DNA of 63,404 nucleotides from Sphaerodactylus townsendi (GCF_021028975.2 NC_059438.1:36332001-36395404); one strand, 5' to 3'. Shown: positions 35,811-48,353, counted from the stretch's first letter. Notes: a model not told the origin generated them from the sequence alone. Translations and numbers: made by a program.

Positions 35811-37030
35811 GTTGGGCAGGAGTCCTCCCATTTCAGAAGGCACGGCTTTGCCCCACTCTCGTAACAGCCCTTTCCCCCAGGGAACCCTGTGAAGAAGAAG
35901 ACTTTATTTACAGTCAATGACCAGATATATTACAAATCTCCAAAATATCTACAACAAAACAAGAATGCAGATCTCTCTCCTGTAATCCATCACTATCCAC
36001 CTATATATCATTATACTTTGTAAACACACCAAACAGCATTAAAATATTAAACAAAATACTAAACAAAACAAAAATATCTAAGGGGGATACCATGTTCAGA
36101 TCATTTTTTTCTTTTTCATAATGAATAGACAGAATTTTGCTACCCATTTAGTAATATTCTCCTTCTTATCTTGTAATAGTTTTTCACAACAAACTTTATC
36201 AGAACAATATGTCATTTTGTGTAGTAGAAGTGATAGGCATTTTTTCCTTGCCTCCTCATAAAGGGAACCCTGTGGACGGCGGTTCTAGGTAGAAAAGGGA
36301 AAATGAATGGATGTGAGCATATCACCTTGAAAGATTATCCCAAGTATGATTGATGGGACTAGAATGTGATCTGAAGAAGATTATTTCGAAAACGGCTATA
36401 ATAGCGCAATCCGTTCACCAGTTCAGACATACCAGTTCAGACATGAAGTAATCCAGTACAATAGAATATGGGCTTGACATATTGGAAACGCAGCGCACTG
36501 AAGCTTATATACAGTCTCTGAGAACAATAACTTGCGTCCCTTTGGAAATTACGGACACGGAGGTTCGTTGTAATTAACACAAGAGGACTTTGTTGAGACA
36601 TATCGGAGGCACGACTAGTGAATGCTGCGACCTTAGTTATTGTAAGCTGTATCGCAAAAATTGTTAAGGAGTATTTTGCACAATTTGTTTTGCACTGAAT
36701 TTCACTGTTTATGCATTTTATTGTTGTTTGTTATGCACAATATATAAAGCAGCTGAAGGAACTGGGAACCTCAAATGGGATTCTCAAGGTCCTTCACACC
36801 CAGCCATTCCAAGTCGGCAAAATGGTGTCCGACTTCAAGCGTGAGAACATTAATCAGAAAACCTGCTGTGCGCTGTTGGGCGGAGTTACAGATCAAGTTT
36901 TGAGCAGTTCTGCATAGCACGAAGGATTTCTGGACTGGCCCTTGGCTAGTCCTGGCAACTGGCAACTGCAAAGCAGATGTGGGCTCGCTAAGCATGCACA
37001 AAAAGAACTCGCCTTAGTAGGGGAAAGGCT

Positions 37031-37938
37031 CAGAGGTGGGATCCACAGGCGTAGCTACCATGGGGACATCCGGGGACAAGTGCCCCGGGCGCCACCTTGT
37101 GGTGGGCGCAAAAATTGCAGGTTCGTTTGTGGCTTTCTGTATTTTTTACTGTTTTTTCAATTTTGGCCTGCAGGGGGCGCAGTTTTTAGGCTAGTGGCAC
37201 CAAAATTTCAGGCTATCGTCAGGTGACTCTCCTGATGATACCAGCCAAGTTTGGTGAGGCTTGGTTCAGGGGGTCCAAGGTTATGGACCCCCAAAGGGGG
37301 TGACCCCATCCTCCATTGTTTCCAATGGGAGCTCAAAAAATAGCATCACTTTCAATGTTGTTTAAACTAGGGAGCCCTGGGTGTGTTCAGATTTGTGTGT
37401 TGGGGCATGTTCTATAATGTGATGGTGACTTTGAGATGACCTGGTGCAAAAAAATGTTGTTTGGTCATGGTGGGGGAGGGACACTGCCCATATTGGGTGT
37501 GTGTGTGTGTGTGTGTGTGTGTGCAAAACTCAGATTTTTGTCCCGGGCTCCATTTTCCCAAGCTACGCCACTGGTGGGATCCAGCAGGTTCTCACAGGTT
37601 CCCGAGAGTAGGTGACTAATTATTTGTGTGTGCCGAGAGGGGGTTACTAATGGGTGATCTTTGCCTTAGTTACGCCCCTCCTCTCAGCAGTAGCGCGCAG
37701 AACTGGAAGCAGTCTAGCAGGAGGTGCACCCTGTGCGTGGCAGCCTGCGCCTGCGTGCATTCGTTTCCCGCCCAAGGACCGGCGCAGCCTTGCCACAGCC
37801 CCACCCCCAGAATGCCCCGCCCTCGGAATGCCCGGCCACACCCCTGTCATGCCCCACCCAGCCCCATTGCTGCTACGCCACAGTTTGAATCTCACCACCA
37901 CGGGAACCTGTTACTAAAATGTTTGGATCCCACCACTG
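37031..37938 (-). mobile_element. hAT-like MITE family 1 with nested family-2 element (37044-37573)
   Basis: Outer TSD GAAAGGCT; inner TSD GTGGGATC. Confidence 0.85.
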
Positions 37939-38329
37939 GAAAGGCTGCCTGGAGGCCTTGCTACAGCTTTTCACAAGCATGGTGAGATGGGTAACCCCTC
38001 ACAAACCCTGGGGACCAAAGGTGAGCGTCAGGGAGGCATTCCATGCCCTGCTGCCAAGGCCCGAGCAATCCAGTGATACCTGCCCCGAGAGCTATGGGCT
38101 TATTGGTGCATGAGAGGCAGCCCCGAGGCCCTCCTTGGAAGCTCTAGAGGTGGGACTAGATGGCTGCTTGGTCTCTCTTGCAAAAGGGGCACGTTTCTTG
38201 AAAGTGGTTGGGCTGCAGTGCCAGCACTGCCAGCACTGCCAGTGGTCAGGGCTTCAGCACCCGAGTAGTTTTGAACCCTGCTCATCGGGTGCTGAAGCCC
38301 TGAATCCATCCCAAAAGGGGTGGATTCAA

Positions 38330-38788
38330 AAGGAGAATCTGGGGGAATTTCAGGGGTGCCTGCTGTCAGGGGTGCAATTATTAAGATAGCAGCACCAACG
38401 TTTCTGATTATCTTCAGGAGACCCTCCTAACGATACCACCCAGGTTTGGTGAAGTTTGGTTCAGGGGGTCCAAAGTTATGGACCCTCAAAGGTGTAGCTC
38501 CCATTGGAAAAAATGGGGGATGGGGCACCCCTTTTGGGAGTTCATAACTTTGGACCCCCTGAACCAAACCTCACCAAACCTGGGTGATATCATCAGGGGA
38601 GTCTCCCAAAAAATCCCTGAAACTTTGGTGCTGCTAGCCTGAAAACTGCGCCCCCTGCAGGCCAAAAACGGAAAAACACTAAAAATACCAAAAAACCCCA
38701 CAAATGAACCTGCAATTTTTTGTGCCCCCCACAAGGGGGCGCCCGGGAACATTTGACTCCCCATGTCTCCATTGTAGGTACGCCAATG
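38330..38788 (-). mobile_element. hAT-like family-2 element (inverted copy of 37044-37330)
   Basis: Reverse complement matches ggcgtagctaccatggggacat...aaaattgcaggttc; shares the ttggttcagggggtccaaagttatggaccc block. Confidence 0.7.
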
Positions 38789-39432
38789 GGACTGTGTTCC
38801 ACGGTTCCTTCAGAAGTGCTCTGTCCAAAGGCAAGTAGGCCTCCCCTCCCCTGAGATTTTTTGTGCCAAGAAAACTCAACTGGACAAGAAGAACTCGACT
38901 GCCTCTCCATAGAAGTGTGGCCCTGTGCCAGTGCAAAGCAAACCAACCAGCCCTTGAACAATCTGTGGGTAACGACTGGCTGTTGTTTTGCATAACATCA
39001 GCTCGTCCTCTGGTTTTGGGCATACATCTTGAGGTCCTATTCCTCAAAGTGCCTACAACTGGAAAAGACAGATCACAGAACTGCCTTGGGGGCACTGAGG
39101 GACCAATCACGGTGGCCTCGGATGTTCCCAACCAATGGCGATGTGCTTCATTTGGTGGCAGCGTCGATGATTGGACCATCCTGCTTTTCAAGACTCCCAG
39201 AGGCTCCATTTTTCCCTGCATTGCCAGGTGTTTTGGTATAGTGGAGAAACCACCCCCCCCCCACTCTGCTGCCTTTCACTGCTCAGCAGGTGAGGGGAGG
39301 AAATTCCCTGGTGATATGTAGGGGAGCAGTCAGCATTCCGGGCGTGATGAGGTTGCTTTTAGTACAACCTGGAAGTGACATCATCACGTCGGGTGGCACT
39401 CTAGCGTTCACTCAAAGCTTTGTTGTTAAAAC

Positions 39433-39823
39433 CAGAGGTGGGATCCAGCAGGTTCTCGCAGGTTCCCGAGAGTAGGTTACTAATTATTTGTGTGTGCCGA
39501 GAGGGGGTTACTAATTGGTGATTTTGCCACGTGATTTCTGCCTTAGCTACGCCCCTCCTCTCAGCAGTAGCGCGCAGAACTGGAAGCAGTCTAGCAGGAG
39601 GTGCACCGGCGTGCGTGGCAGCCTGCGCCTGTGCGATTCGTTTCCCAACCAAGGACCGGCGCAGCGGCTGTGTCCTTGCCACAGCCCCGTCCAGGAATGC
39701 CCCACCCCCTGAATGCCTGGCCATGCCCCCGTCATGCCCCGCCTAGCCCCGTTGGCGCTACGCCACAGTTTGAATCCCACCACCATGGGAACCTGTTACT
39801 AAAATTTTTGGATCCCACCACTG
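39433..39823 (-). mobile_element. hAT-like MITE family 1
   Basis: 8-bp TSD GTTAAAAC. Confidence 0.9.
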
Positions 39824-41980
39824 GTTAAAACCAAACACAGTCTGTGCTTTGGCAACAACAAATGTGCCTTCGGGGAGGCTCCAGGCCGAGGTCTTCTCTT
39901 TTTAGAAATGCAGCACTTTCTAGAACACTATTTATAGACTAGGAAGTGCTGCTTATCAGGGAATGTGACCCCCGCTTGTCTCGGGCCTGGGAGAAGAAAC
40001 TGGCCTTCCAGCCTCTCAGGCTGCTGCAGCTGCAGAGAGGAATCGAGCCCCTTGCCTTTGCTTTTCTCCTCCAGAAGTTCAACCAATGCCAGGCCTACAA
40101 TCCAGCAGGCCCGGCCAGGCCAGCTGGCAAAAGGGGGCTCTCTGCAGCAGGAACAGGCTGTACCCCCCAGCCCCACACATCTTGGGCAGCAGCTGCAGGC
40201 TTCAGTGGCTCCAGTCAGTGCTTCTTTTTTTTTACAGTAAGAGTTTTTTACAGTAACAGAGAAAGTATTAATGCCCCGCCCCGGAATGCCCGGCCACGCC
40301 CCGTCGTGCCCCGCCCAGCCCCATTGGCGCTACGCCACTGTTTGAATCCCACCACCAAGGGAACCTGTTAATAAAATTATTGGATTCCACCAATGTCCCT
40401 AGATACCACTTGGAGGTTGGCAGCCCTGATAGTTAGGTCTTGGGAGTACCAAATCAGTTTGGATGCGGCAAGTTTAGCAGACAGTAACTAGCCAACATGT
40501 AAACACACAAAGAGTGAATTATTTTTCCGCCACTGAAAAGGAAGAGACAGGAACAGGGCTCTGAAACAAATTGCAGAAAATATTGCCTCACTTCGTCTTC
40601 TGTCTTATGGGCCAGGCCAGACAGGAAATCCCATATTTATAGCGCATAGTAATTTTGGAAACTCAGTATGGTGGCGCGTGTACTGCAGCAATTTGGATTT
40701 GGACCACAAAGAAGGGAGGGTTTTTTAGACTCCTCGGGAGCGCAGACCTCGTCTCAATCAGGTGCCCGCGTGCCTGAAAATTAATGCTCCAAATCTGTTT
40801 CAAACATGCAGGATGTAGGACTCTGGTACTCAGAATTCTGGCATGACGTCGTGGGAGTCCCAGAACCCCAATTTCACCACTTCTTTAAAAACAACCCAAT
40901 GGATGCTTGAAGAAATAGACTCCAGGCAGCGAGCTCTACCAAGGGTCAGCAGCTGGAGCCTGATGATTGTATGTGACTGTTCTGTGGCCTACAACAGGGG
41001 TCTGCAACCTGTGACTCTCCAGATGTTCATGGACTACAATTCCCCTCAGCCCCTGCCAGCATGCCCAATTGTAGTCCATGAACATCTGGAGAGCCGCAGG
41101 TTGCAGACCCCTGTCCTAGGATAACTTCAGCGACCAACTGGAGATTGGCACCCCTTCGTGAAGAGCAATTTTACAAGCTCATTTATAGTTAACTAGCGTG
41201 GCCCGGCCACGCGTTGCTGTGGCTTATTGTGGTGAAATGGGAAAGGAACAGTAGCAGCAAATCAATTGCAGAGGCCAGCAGTACATGCTCATGCAAACAT
41301 GCAGCCTGATACTGTGCGATGTCAGTGATGTGTGTGCCCACATTCCTTGGGGGGGGGAATGGAAAGGCACCCCCCCCACACATCTAGGCTGGCTGGTCAT
41401 GATCCTTTACCTGGGAGTAAGTTTGGTTGGTGGCAATGGGTGTCGCTTCTGAGGAAACCCTCTGACGGGTGCGACACAGCCATTCAAAGTATGTCATGGT
41501 TGCTGTACTGAGCTTACTCCTGAGTAATGCGTGCCTGGTTTTCTTAACTGTAACTGCAGTATTCAGGGAATCTAGGGTGCCTGGCCCCTCCCTCCCGTCC
41601 CTTGCAAGTCGCCCCTCACTCTCTTCCCTCCCTCCCTTCTCTTCCTTTGCATGCCACCCCTCCCCCTCCCTCCCTTCCCTTTCCCTCCGCTAGGGTGGGT
41701 GGGTCATATCAAGATGCTGGGCCCCCTGCCTCCCCTCCCTTGCATGCAACCCCTCACTGTCTCCCCTCCCTCACTTCTCTTCCCTTGCATGCCACCCCTC
41801 CCCCTCCCTCCCTTCCCTTTCCCTCCGCTAGGGTGGGTGGGTCATATCAAGATGCTGGGCCCCTGCCTCCCCTCCCTTGCATGCCACAGCTCACTGTCTC
41901 CCCTCTCTCACTTCTCTTCCCTTGCATGCCTCCCCCACCGTCCCTTTCCTCTCCCTCCCTCTCTTCCCTTGCATGCCACC

Positions 41981-42372
41981 CAGTGGTGGGATCCAAAAAT
42001 TTTAGTAACAGGTTCCCATGGTGGCGGGATTCAAACTGTGGCGTAGCGCCAATGGGGCTGGGCGGGGCACGACGGGGGCGTGGCCGGCCATTCCAGGGGT
42101 GGGGCATTACTGGGCGGGGCTGTGGCAAGGACGCAGCCGCTGTGCCGGTCCTTGGGTGGGAAACGAATGCACGCAGGCGCAGGCTGCCACGCACGCTGGT
42201 GCACCTCCTGCTAGACTGCTTCAAGTTCTGCGCGCTACTTCTGAGAGAAGGGGCGTAACTAAGGCAAAAATCACGTGACAAAATCACCAATTAGTAACCC
42301 CCTCTCGGCACACACAAATAATTAGTAACCTACTCTCGGGAACCTGTGAGAAACTTCTGAATCCCATCTCTG
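41981..42372 (+). mobile_element. hAT-like MITE family 1 nested in a Helitron
   Basis: 8-bp TSD ATGCCACC. Confidence 0.9.
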
Positions 42373-42389
42373 ATGCCACCCCTCCCTCT

Positions 42390-43060
42390 CAGTGGCAGTG
42401 GAGGTTAAGAGCTCGTGTATCTAATCTGAAGGACCCGGGTTTGATTCTCCGTTCTGCCGCCTGAGCTGTGGAGGCTTATCTGGGGAATTCAGAGTAGCCT
42501 GTACACTCCCACACACACCAGCTGGGTGACCTTGGGCTAGTCACAGCTTCTTGGAGCTCTCTCAGTCCCACCTACCTCACAGGGTGTTTGTTGTGAGGGG
42601 GGAAGGGCAAGGAGATTGTCAGCCCCTTTGAGTCTCCTACAGGAGGGAAAGGGGGGATATAAATCCAAACTCCTCCTCCTCCTCTTCTTCTTCTGGGTGA
42701 CCTTGGGCTAGTCACAGCTTCTTGGAGCTCTCTCAGTCCCACCTACCTCACAGGGTGTTTGTTGTGAGGGGGAAAGGGCAAGGAGATTGTCAGCCCCTTT
42801 GAGTCTCCTACAGGAGGGAAAGGGGGGATATAAATCCAAACTCCTCCTCCTCCTCTTCCTCTTCTTCTTCTGGGTGACCTTGGGCTAGTCACAGCTTCTT
42901 GGAGCTCTCTCAGTCCCACCTACCTCACAGGGTGTTTGTTGTGAGGGGGGAAGGGCAAGGAGATTGTCAGCCCCTTTGAGTCTCCTACAGGAGGGAAAGG
43001 GGGGATATAAATCCAAACTCCTCCTCCTCTTCTTCCTCTTCTTCTCCTCCTCCTCCTCCT
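42390..43060 (+). mobile_element. tRNA-derived SINE with 3' half present three times in tandem
   Basis: The unit ctgggtgaccttgggctagtcacagc...ataaatccaaactcctcc starts at about 42522, 42693 and 42870. Confidence 0.8.
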
Positions 43061-43407
43061 CCCCTCTCCCTCGTGTGTATGTGTGTGTATGTGTTTCACT
43101 TCCACTCGAGTTACTGCCTATGTGCTGTTTCCACTGCTCATCTTTGGCCATCTGAGTGAACATTCTAAGGGCACGAACATTCTAAGAGTGACAGTTACAC
43201 ACAGGCCCCTCCTTGTCCTTCACCAGGGAGCGCCAGGAAAAAGGCGTTTTTACCTGGGCCAGGTATGAAATTTCAGGTATGTGAACATCTGAAAACACTC
43301 TCGCCTGACTGACTATAGCGGCTGGGAATTTTCAGAGGAATTGGCCCAGCAGTTACTGAGGTACCCTGTCATCAACACATACACGGTTAGCTTTTTATAT
43401 ATATAGA

Positions 43408-44133
43408 CTAGCGGGCCCAGCCACGCGTTGCTGTGGCTGAGTCTGGTGAAGTGGAAAAGAAAGAAAAGGGGAAGCGAATGGTTCGAACATGTGTCATTGC
43501 ACAATGCTTGCAAGGGAGGGGAGGGGTAAGGGGCCCCTCGCTCCCCCCCTCTCCCGTTCCCTTGCATGGCAACCTGCCCCGTCCCTCCCTAATGTTCCCC
43601 TTCCTCTGCTAGGGTGGGTGGGCCATGTCCAGGTGGCTGAGCCTGTCCGTTTCACTTCATTCCCTTGCAGGTGAATTACCTAGTTGAAAACACGCTGGGA
43701 GGCATGAGCTACGTTGTGTTCAAATTTCAGAGCGTTTGGTCCAGCAAACCCTTGGACCCTCCCTCACCTTCCCCTTCCTCTGCTAGGGTGGGTGGGCCAT
43801 GTGCAGATGGCGGGCCCCATCCATTTCACTCCAGATGGCAGTGGTTTGCAAGGAAGGCATGGTTGTTTTCCTTGTATCAGAGGGTGTTGCTTTGACGGCC
43901 AGCAGATGGCGCTGTTGCGGAACAGAAATGTGGTTCCAACTGTCACAGGTGTGGCATGTACACTATAACGGTCACAGTTGTGACATGTACACAACAGGAG
44001 GTGTGGAAACAGTATGGAAACCTGGCCGCACGCGAATGCGACATTGTGTGAAAATTTCAAAGCAATCGGTCCAGTAGTTTGGGAGATTACCTGTCAGCAG
44101 AAAAATGCACTGATAGATTTATATATATATAGA
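43408..44133 (-). mobile_element. Non-autonomous Helitron 2, head-to-tail with Helitron 1
   Basis: A|TCTATATATATATAAA 5' end; same 3' hairpin plus CTAG, abutting the TC of Helitron 1. Confidence 0.75.
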
Positions 44134-44710
44134 TTAGAAAAGACGAAGAAAAGGAACTACTGTAACTCTAGGGAACTTTTAAAATATACACAGTATTTAA
44201 TAATTTAAAATGTTTTCAACAGAAAATTGACTGCCCAACCAAAACCGACTCTGCACTTTTTTCATAATAAAAGTATCTAGGTAGAAATATAGGAATATGG
44301 TGTGCAGACATTTACAAAACCCCAGATGTCTGGGTATTAAAGATGAAAACACACTGGCTCTAGTAGCTTGTGGTAGATCTTGTGACTTTACTGACCCCTG
44401 CCCACAAGGCCAGCCATCTTGTGAGGATAGGCCAATCGTATCCCCCAGAGACTGAATAATACTGATAGGGATCGTGGCTGGACAGGTGCGGGGCAGGAAA
44501 GGTCATGTCCGTGTTTCCCCTTGCAGAACCTTCCGGAACACAGAGCGTGGCTCAGAAGACGAGCCTCTCCCCAGCTACGACATCCCCTGAAACAAAGAAC
44601 TCTGTGGCCTCACCTGAGGGAAGGAGGTAGGCAATTGACGTGAGTAGAGCAAATCGAGAGCAGGGGCGGAGCCCTCTACACACTGGCCTTGCTTGCTCTG
44701 GAACACAAGC

Positions 44711-45466
44711 TGTTGGGATTTAGCAAGTGCCAGTCACACAATCCAGTCACGAAGGAGTTAATTGTTGCATGCTAATTAGTTAGTGAGGTCAGAAGTCAGT
44801 GACCAGGTAATTGATACCTATTGGGCGAGCAGACCTGGCATGGGCTACATGCCAGTCCGCACGTAGACATTAGATATATATTCTTCATTGCTCTCTGCAC
44901 ATGCTCTGTGTGTGGGTGTGTGTGAGTAGGTGGTTAGCCATGTAATAGTCAAGCAACAGGCTAGCTAATGGAGCTAGCTAGTTAGAAAGATATTTCTTGT
45001 TTTGTTCTTCCAAGTTACCCTTCCTTTCTAGAAGAAGAAGAAGAAGAAGAAAAAGAAGAAGAAGAAGAAGAAGGAGGAGGAGTTTGGCTTTATATCCCCC
45101 TTTCTCTCCTGCAGGAGACTCAAAGGGGCTTACAATCTCCTTGCCCTTCCCCCCTCACAACAAACACCCTGTGAGGTGGGTGGGGCTGAGAGAGCTCCGA
45201 GAAGCTGTGACTAGCCCAAGGTCACCCAGCTGGCGTTTGTGGGAATGCACAGGCTAATCTGAATTCCCCAGATAAGCCTCCACAACTCAAGCGGCAGAGC
45301 TGGGAATCAAACCCAGTTCCTCCAGATCAGAGTGCACCTGCTCTTAGCCACTGTTCTTAGCCACTAGGCCACTGCTGCTCCCTCTAGTAAGTGAACTTTA
45401 TTTCAGTAAGCAACTGACTCTGCCTCATTATTACGCCAACTCTGCTTTATAAGTTAATCCCCATCA
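44711..45466. mobile_element. Solo LTR interrupted by a SINE
   Basis: TG...CA termini (TGTTGGGATT / AATCCCCATCA) and a 5-bp TSD CAAGC at 44706-44710 and 45467-45471. Confidence 0.65.
45030..45381 (-). mobile_element. tRNA-derived SINE inside solo LTR
   Basis: Same family with a long (GAA)n tail on the plus strand. Confidence 0.8.
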
Positions 45467-45652
45467 CAAGCAAAAGTGCCCCTCTTGGCTGAGGACTGGG
45501 GGGGCTAGTTAGCCTTTGAGGAGACAGGGGTCAGCCTTGCTCTGAGTCCCGCAGGGGCTATGAGGCAGGCCCCCTCAGTCAGAGGCCCCAGGCCCTGTCC
45601 TTTGGCTTGTGAGATCCTGCACCGGAGCCGAGGCTGGCCCAGCGTTCTGTGA

Positions 45653-46164
45653 CTACACCGTTTTCTTGTCCGTCTGGCTGAACAGCTGGGAGACGCAGTA
45701 GGGGACGAGGGCAGCCGCGGCCAGGGGCACAGCGGCGCTCTTGCAGAAAGACAGCAGGTAGAAGAGCAGCTCCACTTTGGCCGGAGGCTTGAAAGAGTCA
45801 AAGAGGTGCAGGATCAGGAGCGAAGCCGCAATGCAGCCCAGCCGGAAACTCAGCTGCTGCCCCCGCTTCCCTTTGCAACTCTCCATGTACATCGGGGAGT
45901 TGAGAGCCAGGCCGAGTCCAAAGAGGATGCCCAGGTTGCGCAAGAGGCCGGCAAAAGGCGTGGTGTCAAGGTGGACCCACTCTGGGTTCTCACACCACCT
46001 CTTGGCTTTCTCCAAGGTCCACAGGAGGTCCACGCCTAGAACCTTGAGCAGCAGGTAGAACCCCAGGGCAAAGGAGAAGAGGAAGAGCGTCGTGGCCATA
46101 TACCTCTGCAGGCTGGCGGTGTAGATGGAGTGTATACGCTGGAACGATGCAGCAACCAACATGC
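45653..46164 (-). CDS. G6PC1: G6PC1-like paralog B, exon 5 (terminal coding exon, 512 bp)
   Basis: [19 protein letters not shown]...[35 protein letters not shown]...DKKTV*, ending in a KKxx ER-retrieval signal. Phase matches exon 4. Confidence 0.93.
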
Positions 46165-46209
46165 CTGGCGTGGGGAAGAAGAGACAGAGACAAAGCAATC
46201 AGACGCCCA

Positions 46210-47010
46210 GAACATAAGAACATAAGAACTAGCCTGCTGGATCAGACCAGAGTCCATCTAGTCCAGCACTCTGCTACTCGCAGTGGCCCACCAGGTGCCT
46301 TTGGGAGCTCATGTGCAGGATGTGAAAGCAATGGCCTTCTGCTGCTGCTGCTCCCGAGCACCTGGTCTGCTAAGGCATTTGCAATCAAGGAGGATCAAGA
46401 TTGGGAGCCATAGATTGACTTCTCCTCCATAAATCTGTCCAAGCCCTTTTTAAAGCTATCCAGGTTAGAGGCCGTCACCACCTCCTGTGGCAGCATATTC
46501 CAAACACCAATCACACGTTGTGTGAAGAAGTGTTTCCTTTTATTAGTCCTAATTCTTCCCCCCAGCATTTTCAGTGAATGCCCCCTGGTTCTAGTATTGT
46601 GAGAAAGAGAGAAAATTTTATCTCTGTCAATATTTTCTACCCCGTGCATAATTTTATAGACTTCAATCATATCCCCCCTCAGACGTCTCCTCTCCAAACT
46701 AAAGAGTCCCAAACGCTGCAGCCTGTTCTCATAAGGAAGGTGCTCCAGTCCCTCAATCATTCTCGTTGCCCTTCTCTGCACTTTTTCTATCTCTTCGATA
46801 TCCTTTTTGAGATGTGGCGACCAGAACTGGACACAGGACTCCAAGTGCGGTCGCACCACTGCTTTATATAAGGGCATGACAATCTTTGCAGTTTTATTAT
46901 CAACTCCTTTCCTAATTATCCCCAGCACAGAGTTTGCCCTTTTCACAGCTGCCATGCATTGAGTTGACATTCCCATGGAACTATCAACTAAGACGCCCAA
47001 ATCCCTTTCC
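46210..47010 (-). mobile_element. CR1 LINE 3' fragment in G6PC1-B intron 4
   Basis: LYKAVVRPHLESCVQFWSPHLKKDIEEIEKVQRRATRMI...RTRGH; (TTCTTATG)n tail. Confidence 0.9.
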
Positions 47011-47838
47011 AGCTTTTGAACAGTTGTTGTGGGGTGGGGGGGTTAGCAAAGCATTTTGTGAACTGCTTTGCGAAGTGTGGTGACTGACTTGTTCTGCAGC
47101 ATGCCCCCTAATTTCCACACTTAGCCTGTTGCTGGGAACTGGGGGAGACTCAATTGCTTGGAAGAGATGGCTTGTTCTGCAGTGTGTGTGCCTCATTCCC
47201 CAGATTAGGCCACTGCTAGGGAGGGGGAAAGAGAGGCGGAGACCCTGGGCCTCAAAGGGGAGTTGCAGCTTTGGTAGGGCAGAAGCTATGGCTATTAGTT
47301 GGGCAAGACCCTGTTTCCCCGAAAATAAGACATCCCCTGAAAATAAGACGTAGTAGAGGTATTGCTGAAGTGCTAAATATAAAGCATCCCCCAAAAGTAA
47401 GACATAGCCAAGTTTTTGTTTGGAAGCATGCCCGTTGAACAGAACACCAGAGCATGCAGCTGTGGAGCGGAAAAATAGGACATCCCCTGAAAACAATACA
47501 TAGCACATCTTTGGGAACAAAAATTAATATAAGACACTGTCTTATTTTCAGGGAAACATGGTAGTATGGTGAGGAAATCAGAGGGGGATTGCTGAGGAGA
47601 TGTTCCAAGATGTTAAGTTCTATGCAGCAGGAGACAAAGACCCCAGGTAACCTTCCTTGGACTTGCTCAACTCTCTCCTTCGCCTGACTGAGGCGCCTTA
47701 CGCTCTTCCACCAGCAGGACTTTTCAATTCCATGTCTTTTTTTTTTTGGGGGGGGGGGGTCCCTTTCAAGGACCACATGTTGACAGCAGCTTCAGTCAAG
47801 GACCACATGTTGACAGTGAAGTGCTTCAGTCTCTCCAA

Positions 47839-48353
47839 GGGCGATTCCGCACATGAGTAAAATAGGTTCGACCCAGTTCCCTGAGAAGGGTACTGACCTA
47901 GGTTGAAGCCATTGTTGTTCCCCACTGCAACCAGCTTGATCCCAGCTCGGAGGGCGGAATCATCCTGTGCCTCTTCGCCGCTCCATTCCGATTGGCTACT
48001 GTTCTACGGCCAGGTTCCGTCTATCCCCACACACGTTATAAAAAAAACTGCCACAGGAATGGAGGGACGAAGGTGGCGTTCTTTGATTGGACAGCTGTAC
48101 GCACGCCCGAAACACTCAGCTGTGATTGGCTGAATGGGGGACTCCTGGCACCAGAGATTCCGCACTTTACTGGAATCGAGCTGAGTTCGAGTGGGGTTCC
48201 CTGAAAAAGTAGTAGTTCCCAACAGGAGTTGGAAATTTGACCGTTTCACGGGGCGAAGCTGGCACAAAACCACGTCGATCCCAGTGGTTGTGCAGAGCAC
48301 TTAGGTCGAACGCAGCTCGAACTTAGGTCGATAACGCAAGTGCGGAATCGACC
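47839..48353. mobile_element. PIF/Harbinger-like non-autonomous element in G6PC1-B intron 4
   Basis: TIR GGGCGATTCCGCAC / GTGCGGAATCGACC; 3-bp TSD CAA. Confidence 0.75.

Larger units (their letters stand above)
41193..43407 (-). mobile_element. Non-autonomous Helitron 1 with nested hAT MITE and SINE
   Basis: Minus strand starts TCTATATATATAAAA and ends with hairpin GCCACAGCAACGCGTGGC then CTAG before a T. Confidence 0.75.

Noticed and set aside
3622-42290. Recurrent ORFs such as VVGSKNFSNRFPWWWDSNCG / MPHPRNARP
   Set aside because: These are translations of the non-coding hAT MITE family 1, not a gene family.
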